A stretch of 58,610 nucleotides of DNA from a virus (lineage: Duplodnaviria; Caudoviricetes), in IMG/VR virus record IMGVR_UViG_3300049910_000050, positions 1-58,610 of that record; one strand, written 5' to 3'. Position numbers and translations under genes: made by a program. A model generated the notes under the pieces. That model was given only the letters and a program-made list of their open reading frames with translations. It was not told the DNA's origin and made no database searches. Numbering within the stretch: position 1 is the first letter of the stretch; each line of letters starts with the position of its first letter. Of the stretch, positions 1 through 9,264 are shown piece after piece.

Positions 1-212
1 AACCGGGCAAGCTGCGGGATGGCGGCGGGCATCATCCCCCGGCTGGCCTGGTAGCCGGTGCGGTAGGGCTGAGTCAATGACTGAAAGCCATGGTTGGCGA
101 GCACCTGATCCGCCGCGTTCGGGGCGATGTTGTGCAGCAAGTCGGAGACCTGCCTGCCCGACATGTTCGCCTCGGTGGTGCCGATGCGTTCCAGCCGCTG
201 CGCCTCGCGCTG
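1..212 (+). repeat. Terminal direct repeat, left copy (assembly overlap)
   Basis: 1..212 equals 58399..58610 except position 90 (A) versus 58488 (G). Confidence 0.97.
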
Positions 213-3200
213 CAGCCGCGAGGTCGCCGCCGTGAACTTGCCCTTGTTGCGCGTCAGCGGGGCCGCATCCCGGAACATTTGTGCTACTCTGGCGTTGGGT
301 ATCCGGTTGTCCAGCACCCCGGGTACCGCCTTCAGGACCGACTGGTCCAGGCCCTGCGTCAGCCCGCGCGTGGCGCGCTGGTACGCGGCGCTGGCAGCCA
401 CCTCACCGGGCTCGCGCAGCTTGGTCAGCACCGCGCTGGCCAACCGGGCCGTGTCGCCTACGGGCGCAAACGGCAGCGCCCGCGCGCCCGCGCGTACCGC
501 GCTGGACACGCCCGAGATCGCGGGGCCGACCGCCGCGCCGATCCCAACGTTGACCGCCTGCTCCGCGACCTTGCTGGGGTCGCCGCTCTGGATCGCACTG
601 ATGATGTCCGGGGCCTGCACGGCGGCGGTCGAGAGTCCGCCGATCAGCGCCGAGCCCGCCACGCCCGAGACACCCAGCGCCTCGGCGGCACCGGGGATCA
701 GCAGGCTGCCCGCGAAGCCCAGCGTTTTCAGGTCCTCCATCTGGGCCTGGTGCATCTCCTCGGGGGTGCGCGGGTCGGTCGGGTGCTGCGCCTGGTGCTC
801 TGCAGCCGGGCCCATGAGCGGGAACTGCGACTGCTGGCCGATCTCCGTGGAGGGGTGCTGCGGCGCGGCCTGCGGCTGGGGCGTGGGCTCAGCGGGCGGC
901 GGGGGCGCGGTCAGGCCCTGGTGCACCGCCGTGCCCAGGTTGCGCGCGCCCTGCGCGATGCCGCCCACCACCGGTAGCTGTTCGGGGTTGACCGGCGGCT
1001 GGGGCGTCACCGGCTTGCCCTGCGCCTGCTGGATGGCGGGTGTGACCGCGCTCTGCGCGGTCTGGCGCAGCGTCTGCGCGGCGGGACCGGCCTGCTGGGC
1101 CACGTTCTGCACAGCCTGGTTCGCGGCCACGGCGGCGGGCTGCCCGCCGGTGAGCTTGTTGATCGCACCCTGTACGGTCTGCTGCGCAGTCTGAATCGCG
1201 CCCTCGCCGCCCTGCACGATGTTTTCCCACCACGGGGTCTCGTCGTCCTGGCCCGCACCCGCAGGCTGCGGCTGGTTCTGGTCGTCCTGGGACTTGGCGT
1301 ACCAGCCCACGACCAGCCCGCCCGCCAGGCCCGGTCCCCAGGCGGTGCCCTTGCCCAGGTAATTCACCATGTCGATGCCGTTACCCTCAGCGACCGGGGA
1401 GCCGACCTCGTTCATGTTGGACACCAGCCAGACGGTCTCGCCCACCTCGGGCCCGATTCCGCCGTTGTAGACCACCAGATAACCCCGGGCGCGCAGCTTG
1501 TCGTACAGGATATCGCCGTAGTCGCCGCCCGTCCGGGCGTACTCCTGATCGGCCTCGTCGTGGACCTGCTGCATGACGGCTTGCGCGTTGGGGTCGTCCT
1601 TCAGGTTCAGGATGCGGTCCTGGGTGACCTTGCTGGGGTCGATCTGCCACGCCTGGCCGTAGAGCCGCTCGGTGCCAGAGAAGCGGTCGGAGGCCGTGTT
1701 GGGGTCGGTGTCGGTGTAAATCCCCGCCGTGTGCACCTCGCCCACGCCCCTGTCGCTGCCCTGCGGCACGCCCTCCAGCTTCCACCTCACCCGGGTGGGA
1801 TAGGGCGAGGTTTTCTTCAGCCCATCGGTGCCCGCCTTGGCGCGCGTGCGGAAGTCCGTGACCCACGGAGCGTCGATGTCCATGCCCTTGAACTGGTGCG
1901 TGACCAGCAGCGGCATCGAGGTGCGCAGCGTCTGGTCGCCCGCTTGCGAGCGCTGGATGGCGTACTGCTGGATGTCCTGAATGCTCGCCGTGCCCAGCCG
2001 GTTGCGCACATCGTCTGCGGTGATGTTGCCCTGCACGTAGTCCCACAGCGTGCTGGCGACGTCGGAATCCGATACGCCAGGCAGCGGGGTCCAGCCCGGC
2101 GCGCCGCCGGGTACGGAGGGCGTGATACCGGTGGGCGCGGGCGCGGGTCCCAGCGGACCCGAGGGGGTTGGGGTGTAGATCAGCCCCTTGTATCCATACC
2201 TGGGCTTGGAGCTTTCGGGGGCGTAGCCCGTGACGCCCGCCATCGGGTCGGTGCCAGTCGGTGGCAGCCCGCTGGGAGGGGCTGCCGAGGTAGTGCCATA
2301 GGTGAAGTTGGAGGCCGGCGTGTTGGCGGGGTTGGGGGCCGCAGGATAGGCGTTGGAGCCCCACGTCTGGCCCATGCTGATCGCGTTCTTGTACGCGTCC
2401 TCCGCGTCACCGTCCGAGGGCGCGCCCGTGCCGTTGTCGAATTGCTTCCACTCCACGAACCCATCCGGATTCACGTACAGGTACTGGTACGCGCCTTCGG
2501 CCTGGTTCCAGTTCTTGACCACGTTGATGTCGTCGCCGTTGGCGTCCTTGAACTGGGCCACGACCGCGTCGTTCGGGTCGCCCGCGTACGCGAACAGGTC
2601 ACCCTGCGCCTGCGGCACGACCAGACTGGCCGCGTCAGGGTACTTCGAGGCAGCGGGGCTGGGAGGACTGGTGTAACCGCCCTGGCCACCAGGGTAAGTA
2701 CCGGGGTCCTCCGGATGGACGCCGGTCAGGCTGACATCCCCGCCAGCGTCGGAGAAGTCAGGCTTCGCGGCGTCCTCCGGAGGGGGTCCGATGCGCGGGT
2801 CCCACACGCCCAGGCCACCCGGACCAAGCACGGGGTACTGGCGCTTGAGCGGGTCAAGCTGGCTGGTCGCCTGGGTGAGCGGGTTGAGCGCCGCCTCGGC
2901 CCCCTGCTTGAGCCCGCTCAGCGCCCCCTGTGCGCCCTGCACAATGCCCTGGATCGGGTTGTCCTGGCCCGCGCCCGCGCCGCCCTGCGGGGCGAGCACA
3001 ACGGTGTCGGCGGGCTGGAAGCCGAGTTGCTGCAGGCGCTGCGGAGTGATCCAGTCCGAGCCGCCCTTCAGGTCCGCGCCCGTCGAGGCCCCACCGTGGT
3101 ACTGGCCGGTGTCCGGGTTGTAGCCATCGAGGAACGCGAAGTGCCCGCCGTGGCCGCTCAGGTTCAGGATGACCGGCCTGCCGGCGGCGATCTCGCTCTG

Positions 3201-4580
3201 TATCTGATTCCAGTCGACGCCCCCGGTCGCGACCGCCTGCACACCCATGCGCTTCAGAAGCTCGACCTCGCCCGACGCGCCCGCGCCCAGCATGCCCACG
3301 GCGGAGTTCCATAGCCCCTGCGCGAAGCCCAGCGCCTGGGTCGGGGACAGGTTGATGCCCTGGGACGCGGCCAGCGCGGCGGCAGCGGTGGGACCGCACG
3401 TGGAGTAGTTGACCGGCATGCCGTTGGCCTGCTCGAAGTCGGCCTCGCTCATCACCGTGGCGCTGGACACGTTGGCTCCGGGGGTGTCGGACTGCGGTGC
3501 GGGGGTCACGGCTGAGGCAGCCTGGGCGAGCGTGCTGGAGACGGTGCCGCCGATGCGGTTGACGATGCCCTGCACGATGCCCAGGTACTCGCCCTCGCCT
3601 GCGGTGAAGTAGCCTCCCGCCTTGAGGCCGTGCACGAAGCTCGCCAGGTCAGGAGCGTTTACCGCGCCGGGGTAGTGGTTCTTTATCAGGTCGATCCACG
3701 CGTTGACGCTATCCAGCGGCGTGGCATAGGCCGCGAACTTCGCCTGCGTCTGCACACCCCCACCTGGCCCCTCGTGGGTTTGCATGACCGTACCCGGCTG
3801 ACCAGGCAGCGCCTTGACCCCAAACAGTTCGTTGCCCGCCGCGTTGCCGTAGTTCGACTCGCTAGCAGCCATAGCCGCCACCCAAGCCGGATCAATACCA
3901 AGCTGCTGTGCCGCGTACTGGGCATACGGAGCAAAGCTCTGGGCAAAGGTCGTCGGGCTGGACGCATCAATCTGGCCGGATGGCTGACCCTGGTCAGAGG
4001 TCGTCGCAGCCGCCGGGGCGGCGGCGGGAGCCGGCGGCGCAGGAGCCGCCGCCGGCTTTGTAGCCGCTGATGCCGGACCGCCTTGAGGAGGAACCCGGCC
4101 AGGCATCACGGGTATCGTGCTCACGGGCGACGTCGACACACCCACAGGTCGAACGGGCGTCGTTTGCACGGGTGGCGGCGTGGATGAAGCCGCTGGCTTA
4201 GGTGTAACAGGAGCGAATGCTCTTGTCAAGTTTTGTGTCGGATCGTTCGACTGTCGAGATTGTGGCTGAGTTGGTTGACTTGCCGGAACCGGAGAAAACG
4301 GGGTGGTGGCAATCTGGGGGGTCGCAAGGGGCGAGCTAGCGGCGGGCGCTGGCCCTGGCGCTGGTCCTGGCAGGGGGAGAATGGGAACGGGCCTGAAGCT
4401 CTGCGGCCCAATGGCCTGCTGCCCGAGGGGGGTCGGCTGGCCCGCCCCGACTTCCGGAGTGTCCCAGCCCGAGGCGAGCTTGACCTTCTTGTTGGGGCGC
4501 GGAGCCCAGCCTGGCTTGGCTCGCGGCGGGTCCTTGCGCGGGATTTCGTCAGTTGAAAGCCAGCCCGGAACGGTAGTCAC
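1..4580 (-). CDS. 5' part of giant (2827 aa) polyvalent internal virion/ejection protein: GH73 glucosaminidase (~3950-3550), C39-like peptidase (~3410-3035), ART-like domain (~1800-1400)
   Basis: GTG at 4580 overlaps the upstream TGA (GTGA); frame is open to position 1 and joins ORF 54495..58562 through the repeat (8484 nt total); motifs AAMAASESNYG-NELFGVKA-FAAY-GGYFT, STCGPT-GRPVIL-GHF, GIYTDTDP-LRARGY-EVGE. Confidence 0.85.
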   Translation of the reverse strand, partial: MTTVPGWLSTDEIPRKDPPRAKPGWAPRPNKKVKLASGWDTPEVGAGQPTPLGQQAIGPQSFRPVPILPLPGPAPGPAPAASSPLATPQIATTPFSPVPASQPTQPQSRQSNDPTQNLTRAFAPVTPKPAASSTPPPVQTTPVRPVGVSTSPVSTIPVMPGRVPPQGGPASAATKPAAAPAPPAPAAAPAAATTSDQGQPSGQIDASSPTTFAQSFAPYAQYAAQQLGIDPAWVAAMAASESNYGNAAGNELFGVKALPGQPGTVMQTHEGPGGGVQTQAKFAAYATPLDSVNAWIDLIKNHYPGAVNAPDLASFVHGLKAGGYFTAGEGEYLGIVQGIVNRIGGTVSSTLAQAASAVTPAPQSDTPGANVSSATVMSEADFEQANGMPVNYSTCGPTAAAALAASQGINLSPTQALGFAQGLWNSAVGMLGAGASGEVELLKRMGVQAVATGGVDWNQIQSEIAAGRPVILNLSGHGGHFAFLDGYNPDTGQYHGGASTGADLKGGSDWITPQRLQQLGFQPADTVVLAPQGGAGAGQDNPIQGIVQGAQGALSGLKQGAEAALNPLTQATSQLDPLKRQYPVLGPGGLGVWDPRIGPPPEDAAKPDFSDAGGDVSLTGVHPEDPGTYPGGQGGYTSPPSPAASKYPDAASLVVPQAQGDLFAYAGDPNDAVVAQFKDANGDDINVVKNWNQAEGAYQYLYVNPDGFVEWKQFDNGTGAPSDGDAEDAYKNAISMGQTWGSNAYPAAPNPANTPASNFTYGTTSAAPPSGLPPTGTDPMAGVTGYAPESSKPRYGYKGLIYTPTPSGPLGPAPAPTGITPSVPGGAPGWTPLPGVSDSDVASTLWDYVQGNITADDVRNRLGTASIQDIQQYAIQRSQAGDQTLRTSMPLLVTHQFKGMDIDAPWVTDFRTRAKAGTDGLKKTSPYPTRVRWKLEGVPQGSDRGVGEVHTAGIYTDTDPNTASDRFSGTERLYGQAWQIDPSKVTQDRILNLKDDPNAQAVMQQVHDEADQEYARTGGDYGDILYDKLRARGYLVVYNGGIGPEVGETVWLVSNMNEVGSPVAEGNGIDMVNYLGKGTAWGPGLAGGLVVGWYAKSQDDQNQPQPAGAGQDDETPWWENIVQGGEGAIQTAQQTVQGAINKLTGGQPAAVAANQAVQNVAQQAGPAAQTLRQTAQSAVTPAIQQAQGKPVTPQPPVNPEQLPVVGGIAQGARNLGTAVHQGLTAPPPPAEPTPQPQAAPQHPSTEIGQQSQFPLMGPAAEHQAQHPTDPRTPEEMHQAQMEDLKTLGFAGSLLIPGAAEALGVSGVAGSALIGGLSTAAVQAPDIISAIQSGDPSKVAEQAVNVGIGAAVGPAISGVSSAVRAGARALPFAPVGDTARLASAVLTKLREPGEVAASAAYQRATRGLTQGLDQSVLKAVPGVLDNRIPNARVAQMFRDAAPLTRNKGKFTAATSRLQREAQRLERIGTTEANMSGRQVSDLLHNIAPNAADQVLANHGFQSLTQPYRTGYQASRGMMPAAIPQLAR
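4201..4229 (-). promoter_or_regulatory. Possible internal sigma70-type promoter inside the giant gene
   Basis: Minus strand TTGACA-N17-TACACC with TGn extension, in a locally AT-richer patch. Confidence 0.35.
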
Positions 4581-7500
4581 GCGGCGATGCCAGGTGCCTG
4601 CTTGACAGCGGGCGCACGCGCCGCGCTCCAGTTTTTGGTCTCCTGCCCCTGCCAGCCCGAGGGCGAGAAGCCCATCACGTTCGCGTTCATCACGTCCCCA
4701 GCGAGTGTCGCCTGATCGGCACTGGCTGCCTGCAGCGGCGTGATGTCAGCGGTCGGGCTCGCACCCTGATCGAGCGCGGAGTAGTGCAAGCGATTCTGCT
4801 CCTGATTCCACTTCGCGGGTCCGTAGGTGTTCTGGAACCATGAACCATATACCGATTTCTGCCACGGTGTCATCGCCTGCCAGTCCTGCCAGGACTGCGG
4901 CTGTTTGCCCCACGACTGGTTGGAGCCGATGGCCCCCGAGGGCATGGGTTGGCCCGACGCGGTGCCGGTGGGGTAGGCAACGTTGTCGGAACCCGCCGGC
5001 TGCATGGTACCCATGAACGTCTGACCTGGCTGGCCCTGGGCCGCTGCCTGCGAGGTCGCCGCGCCTGGACTGCCAGTCGGCGGCGGGGAGGTGGTGCCCT
5101 GCGCGCCCTGTCCACCCGGGGTGCCCTGCTGGGTGTTCCCCCAACCGATGGTTGGCAGGTTGGTGTTCGGGTCGACGCCCACCTGGGGCGTGCCCGCCAC
5201 CCCGTAGTTCGAGGGCGGCGGCGCGTACGGCGAGCCCTTGACCCAGGAGTTCGGGTCCCAGGGGCTGAAGATGTTGTTCAGGCCCCACGGGTCAGAGCCG
5301 CCGACGACGGGCTGGCCCACGGCGGTCGGCAGCGGGTTGATGCCGGACAGCATCCCCATCCACGGCGAGGACAGCGCCGACTGCAACAGTTGCAGCCGGT
5401 CCTGCTGTCTGGTCTGGAAGTCCGAGAACGCCTGCTGGCCCTGCGTCTGCAGGATGCTCTGGCCCGCCGCGTTCATCGCGTTCAGCGCCGACTGCGCCTG
5501 GCCCTGCAGCGTGACCATGGCCTGCAGCAGCGCCTGGAACTGCGCCTCGGCGTTGGACGCCCGCGTGTTGGCGTCCTCGACGTTGGTGGTGCGGTTCTGC
5601 GGGTTGCCGCTCTGGTCGGTCGCCGCCACGCTGGGCGCGCCGCCGGCGGGGCTGCCCATCTGGTGCGCGTAGCGGTTGGCGTCGTCCTGTTCCTGCGGCG
5701 TCATCTGCGCGTAGGGCTTGGAGATGGTGTACGTCTGGCCGCTCTGGGTCAGGCCCTGATGCTGCCCGGAGTCCTGCGCGGGCGCGCCGCCCTGGCCCGC
5801 ACCGGCGTGCGCGCTCCTGCCGTACGGCGGGATCGGCCAGCCCGCTTCGAGGCCCTGGTCGTTGCCCTGTCCCGCGCCCGCCTGGGCCGCTCCCCCCGTC
5901 CCGCCTGGCGGGCCCATCATCTGGGTGCCAGGTACCGGCGGCATGTTCTGCATGCCCGGGGGGAGGGCTTGCGTCGGGTCTGTTGGCACTCCCTGCTGGT
6001 CTTTCACTCCCCAGTGGAGATGCGAGCCCGTGGTGTTGCCTGTTGACCCGACGCTGCCCAGCGTCTGACCCTGAGCGACCTGCATGCCAGGGTAGGCGTC
6101 GGTATGGCTCAGGTGCCCAAGCTGATGCTCCGATCCGTCCTTGCCCTGGATGGTGACCACCAACCCCAGCCCCTGCGGGTTGTGCTCGACGCGCGTCACG
6201 AAGCCGTCGACCGGGCTCTGGGTCGGCACGCCCTCGCTGGCCTGCAGATCGACGCCCTCGTGCTGCGGGGTGCCGACGTTCATCTGCTGGCCGAAGCGGT
6301 GGCCGATGCCCTGCACATCGGGCTGCTGTACCGGCGGCTGCCAGCCGCCCGGGGGCAGGCCCGGAGGCGGCGCATCGCCTGGCGTCGGCGGCGGCGGGGT
6401 GCCACCCTGACCCGCGCCCTGCATCTGCTGCGGCGAGGGCTGCGCGGGGGCGACCATCGGCGGGCGCGGCTGGCTGTGCTCGGGGTCGCTGGCGAAGGGT
6501 ATGGGTTGAGCCAAATACGGCGACAGGATAGCCGGCACGTCTGGAGTCGTACCGGCCATCCCCGGGTTGAGCAGCGCGCCCGCCACGTTGGGGTCCATCA
6601 TGTTGGCCTGCATCTGGCTCTGGGCTGGGTCGGGCACGCCGCCCTGCCCCGCGCCGCCGCCGCCCGACATGCCGCTGCCACCGCGTCCGCCGCCCATGCC
6701 GCTGGAGCGTCCGCCGAGATGCCCCGCGCCGACCTCCCACGGCTCGTCCTGGCCGACGCCCGGCGAGCCCATCGACTGCACACCCAGGCCCGCGCCCAGG
6801 CGGAGGCGGGGTTCCCAGCCCACGCCCGAGGACCCACGCCCCGTTGCGGGGGTCAGTCCTCTGCCCGCAAAAGTCGTGCCCGTGTCGCCAAAGCCCTGAC
6901 CGGCACCCGCTCCTCCGCCACCGGTGGGTAGCTCGGGCACGGGCTGAAACGGCGCGGCGGGCGGGTAGACCTCGCCCCGCTTGTAGCGCTGCGCCTGTTC
7001 CTGCGCGGCCTGTTCCGCGCCGGTGGGCGGCGTGGGGTACGACGAGGGCCCATGCGTGATCGAGCTAGGCTGCGCCGCCTCGATCTGCGCCGTCGTTCCG
7101 TAGGGCGGCAGCGCGGGGTTCGTCGGAGGGGCGGCGGGAGCGGCGGCAGCCGGCGGGTTCTGACCAGGCGGGGGCGTACCCGCAGCGGGCAGGTTCGCGA
7201 GGTTCGCCAGCCGCGTGTCCTGCGCGGCGATGTCCCTGGCCTCCTGCGGCAGCGGTCCGCCCGAAGTGATGTTCGAGACCGTCTTGTTGGGCTGCGTCAG
7301 CGGGCTGGGGTTGTACTGGACGTCGACCGAAGCGCCCGGTGGCACGAGCAGCCCGCCGCCGGTGGACGTCACAGCGGGGTGGGTGAGCGCGTAGCCGCTC
7401 TGCGCCAGCGTGTTGGCTGCCGTTGCATCGGCAAGCTGGCTGGTAGTCTGCGAGCCAGGGATGGCCGAGATGCTACCGTCCGGGCTCACCACCATAAACC

Positions 7501-8791
7501 CGGCTGAGCCGGCGTTGACGATGCTGGTGCCGCCAACCGGCTGCGTACCGGGCAGGTCCCTGACCTCGCCGGTGGCCGTGTTGTACATGATCGAGCCGCG
7601 CGCGCCCGCCGAGACGACGTACCACGGCGCGGAGGAGGCGGCGGAGCCCTTGCCGATGAAGTACGTCGCCTTGCTGGGATTGCCCTGCGGATCGAGGACC
7701 GCGTTGCCGATAATGACCTGGGTGCCGTCGTTCAGCACCGCGACGATGTTGTCGGACAGCGGGTTGCCGTTCTGATCCGTGTCGCCAGACGGGGTGTACT
7801 GAATCGAAACGGTACCCGGGGGTAGCTCAGAGGCAGTCGGCAGGATGCCGTTGCTGGAGGCCACCAGCTTGTTGACCACACTCGGGTCGGTGCCGCCCTG
7901 GGGCTGTCCCTGACCCTGCGCACCGCCCTGGGTTTGACTGCCCTGTGCTCCCCCCTGCGCCTGGTTCTGCGCCGCCTGGTCGGCCTGCTGGTTCTGGGCA
8001 ATCTGCTGCGCCTGCGCGGGGTCGAGCGTGCCCTGCGCTTCGAGCGCGCCCACGTCGGGACCCGCCGCCGACGAGGCGATGTTGGCGTTGCCGGACGTAT
8101 CCGCGCCGACCGCAGTCGGGGTCGCCGTGGCAGTCGGCGCGGTGTCGTTGATGTTCTGCCCACCCGACATGCCCTGGCCCAGCAGCGCGGAGCGCGCGGA
8201 CGTGTCGTCGGGCGTGGGCGTGCCCCCCTGGCCCGCGCCAGGCGCGTTGCCCCAGCCGCGCGTGGTGCCCCACATCGAGGCCCGCGTGCCCTGGCCGACC
8301 GCTTGCGGACCGCTGGTCGCGATGCGCGGGTTGGGTCCGGTGCTGTACGGACCGACGCGCGCGGGGGGCGCACCAGGCGTGACCTGCCCGGAAGCCATGG
8401 AGCCCGGCACGCCGTAGCGGCCTTCGAGCCGCTCCTGGCCTGGCAGCACGGGCGAGCCGCCGCCGCTCTGCAAGATGGGCGGGGTGGGCGCGCCGCCCTG
8501 ACCGGAGCCCATGGGCGAACCGGTGATGCCCGCGCCCTGGGAGAACCCGCCGCCCGCGCCCTGCATGGTGCTGGGCACAGCGTCGTTGGGCAGCAGCGTG
8601 TAGTTCAAATGTTCGGCAGGGGCCATCGCACCCCGCTGGTGCACCTCCTGGGTGGCCGGGGTGTAGTTGATGTGCTGGATCGGGGCCTGTTCTCCCGGGG
8701 GCGAAGCAAGGATGTGGAAGCCGGGCTGCTGCCCACGGATCACCTCGCGGCGACCCGCCTGCCAGGACCCCGGGTCCCTAGCGTTCCACAC
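4577..8791 (-). CDS. Large Gly/Pro/Gln-rich internal virion protein with M23 metallopeptidase domain (~6305-5975)
   Basis: 1404-aa ORF; M23 motifs HEGVD, HL, STGNTTGSHLHW; located between portal and giant protein. Confidence 0.85.
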   Translation of the reverse strand: MWNARDPGSWQAGRREVIRGQQPGFHILASPPGEQAPIQHINYTPATQEVHQRGAMAPAEHLNYTLLPNDAVPSTMQGAGGGFSQGAGITGSPMGSGQGGAPTPPILQSGGGSPVLPGQERLEGRYGVPGSMASGQVTPGAPPARVGPYSTGPNPRIATSGPQAVGQGTRASMWGTTRGWGNAPGAGQGGTPTPDDTSARSALLGQGMSGGQNINDTAPTATATPTAVGADTSGNANIASSAAGPDVGALEAQGTLDPAQAQQIAQNQQADQAAQNQAQGGAQGSQTQGGAQGQGQPQGGTDPSVVNKLVASSNGILPTASELPPGTVSIQYTPSGDTDQNGNPLSDNIVAVLNDGTQVIIGNAVLDPQGNPSKATYFIGKGSAASSAPWYVVSAGARGSIMYNTATGEVRDLPGTQPVGGTSIVNAGSAGFMVVSPDGSISAIPGSQTTSQLADATAANTLAQSGYALTHPAVTSTGGGLLVPPGASVDVQYNPSPLTQPNKTVSNITSGGPLPQEARDIAAQDTRLANLANLPAAGTPPPGQNPPAAAAPAAPPTNPALPPYGTTAQIEAAQPSSITHGPSSYPTPPTGAEQAAQEQAQRYKRGEVYPPAAPFQPVPELPTGGGGAGAGQGFGDTGTTFAGRGLTPATGRGSSGVGWEPRLRLGAGLGVQSMGSPGVGQDEPWEVGAGHLGGRSSGMGGGRGGSGMSGGGGAGQGGVPDPAQSQMQANMMDPNVAGALLNPGMAGTTPDVPAILSPYLAQPIPFASDPEHSQPRPPMVAPAQPSPQQMQGAGQGGTPPPPTPGDAPPPGLPPGGWQPPVQQPDVQGIGHRFGQQMNVGTPQHEGVDLQASEGVPTQSPVDGFVTRVEHNPQGLGLVVTIQGKDGSEHQLGHLSHTDAYPGMQVAQGQTLGSVGSTGNTTGSHLHWGVKDQQGVPTDPTQALPPGMQNMPPVPGTQMMGPPGGTGGAAQAGAGQGNDQGLEAGWPIPPYGRSAHAGAGQGGAPAQDSGQHQGLTQSGQTYTISKPYAQMTPQEQDDANRYAHQMGSPAGGAPSVAATDQSGNPQNRTTNVEDANTRASNAEAQFQALLQAMVTLQGQAQSALNAMNAAGQSILQTQGQQAFSDFQTRQQDRLQLLQSALSSPWMGMLSGINPLPTAVGQPVVGGSDPWGLNNIFSPWDPNSWVKGSPYAPPPSNYGVAGTPQVGVDPNTNLPTIGWGNTQQGTPGGQGAQGTTSPPPTGSPGAATSQAAAQGQPGQTFMGTMQPAGSDNVAYPTGTASGQPMPSGAIGSNQSWGKQPQSWQDWQAMTPWQKSVYGSWFQNTYGPAKWNQEQNRLHYSALDQGASPTADITPLQAASADQATLAGDVMNANVMGFSPSGWQGQETKNWSAARAPAVKQAPGIAA

Positions 8792-9047
8792 GGCGGACGT
8801 GTCTGCCCTGCTTGTCCAGTATCTCGACGGGGCCGAAGTCCTCAGGGCCGGTGGCGTCCCAGCGCTCGATGTACTCCGCGCCAGGCGGGATGTGGATGCG
8901 CGCCCACTCGGCGGTGCCAGGCTGCAGATCGCGGAACATGAACTTCAGCCCCAGGTCGTTACCCGGAGTACGGACTGGCGCGCCTTCCGGCAAAGGGCTG
9001 TGGTAAATCTCGTGCAGCCGGCGCAGCAGGTCCCTACTGTCTTGCAT
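8778..9047 (-). CDS. Hypothetical protein
   Basis: 89 aa, GC3-rich codons, 14-nt overlaps with both neighbours. Confidence 0.65.
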   Translation of the reverse strand: MQDSRDLLRRLHEIYHSPLPEGAPVRTPGNDLGLKFMFRDLQPGTAEWARIHIPPGAEYIERWDATGPEDFGPVEILDKQGRHVRRVER

Positions 9048-9264
9048 GGTGGTTGTCCAGATACTGGCGGATGACCTCAGCGGCCTGCTGGTCCAGCGGG
9101 CTATCCCCGCTTACCACTCCGCCCAGGTAGGCTTGCTGGCGTCGGTTCAACTCCGTTCGGGACACCTTCTGGCGACCCAGCGGTGCCAGGTCCCGGTCGT
9201 CGTGGGCTATCACTTCCATCCCACGCGGGACCTCGCCCATGATCTTGCGCATGTTGGCCGGCAC
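9034..9264 (-). CDS. Hypothetical protein
   Basis: 76 aa, AGGAGG before GTG; overlaps the tail of the upstream ORF. Confidence 0.55.
   Translation of the reverse strand: MPANMRKIMGEVPRGMEVIAHDDRDLAPLGRQKVSRTELNRRQQAYLGGVVSGDSPLDQQAAEVIRQYLDNHHARQ

Noticed and set aside
1-212. 212-bp repeat as the physical terminal repeat of the virion DNA
   Set aside because: It falls inside a continuous ORF with no regulatory features; better explained as circular-assembly overlap
1560-3314. Long plus-strand ORFs here and at 33534..35249 and 55134..57431
   Set aside because: Antisense shadows of real high-GC genes; no RBS or motifs, and the opposite strand carries clear domains
4081-4091. CCTTGAGGAGG copy as an RBS
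   Set aside because: Antisense within the giant gene with no suitably spaced start; probably incidental
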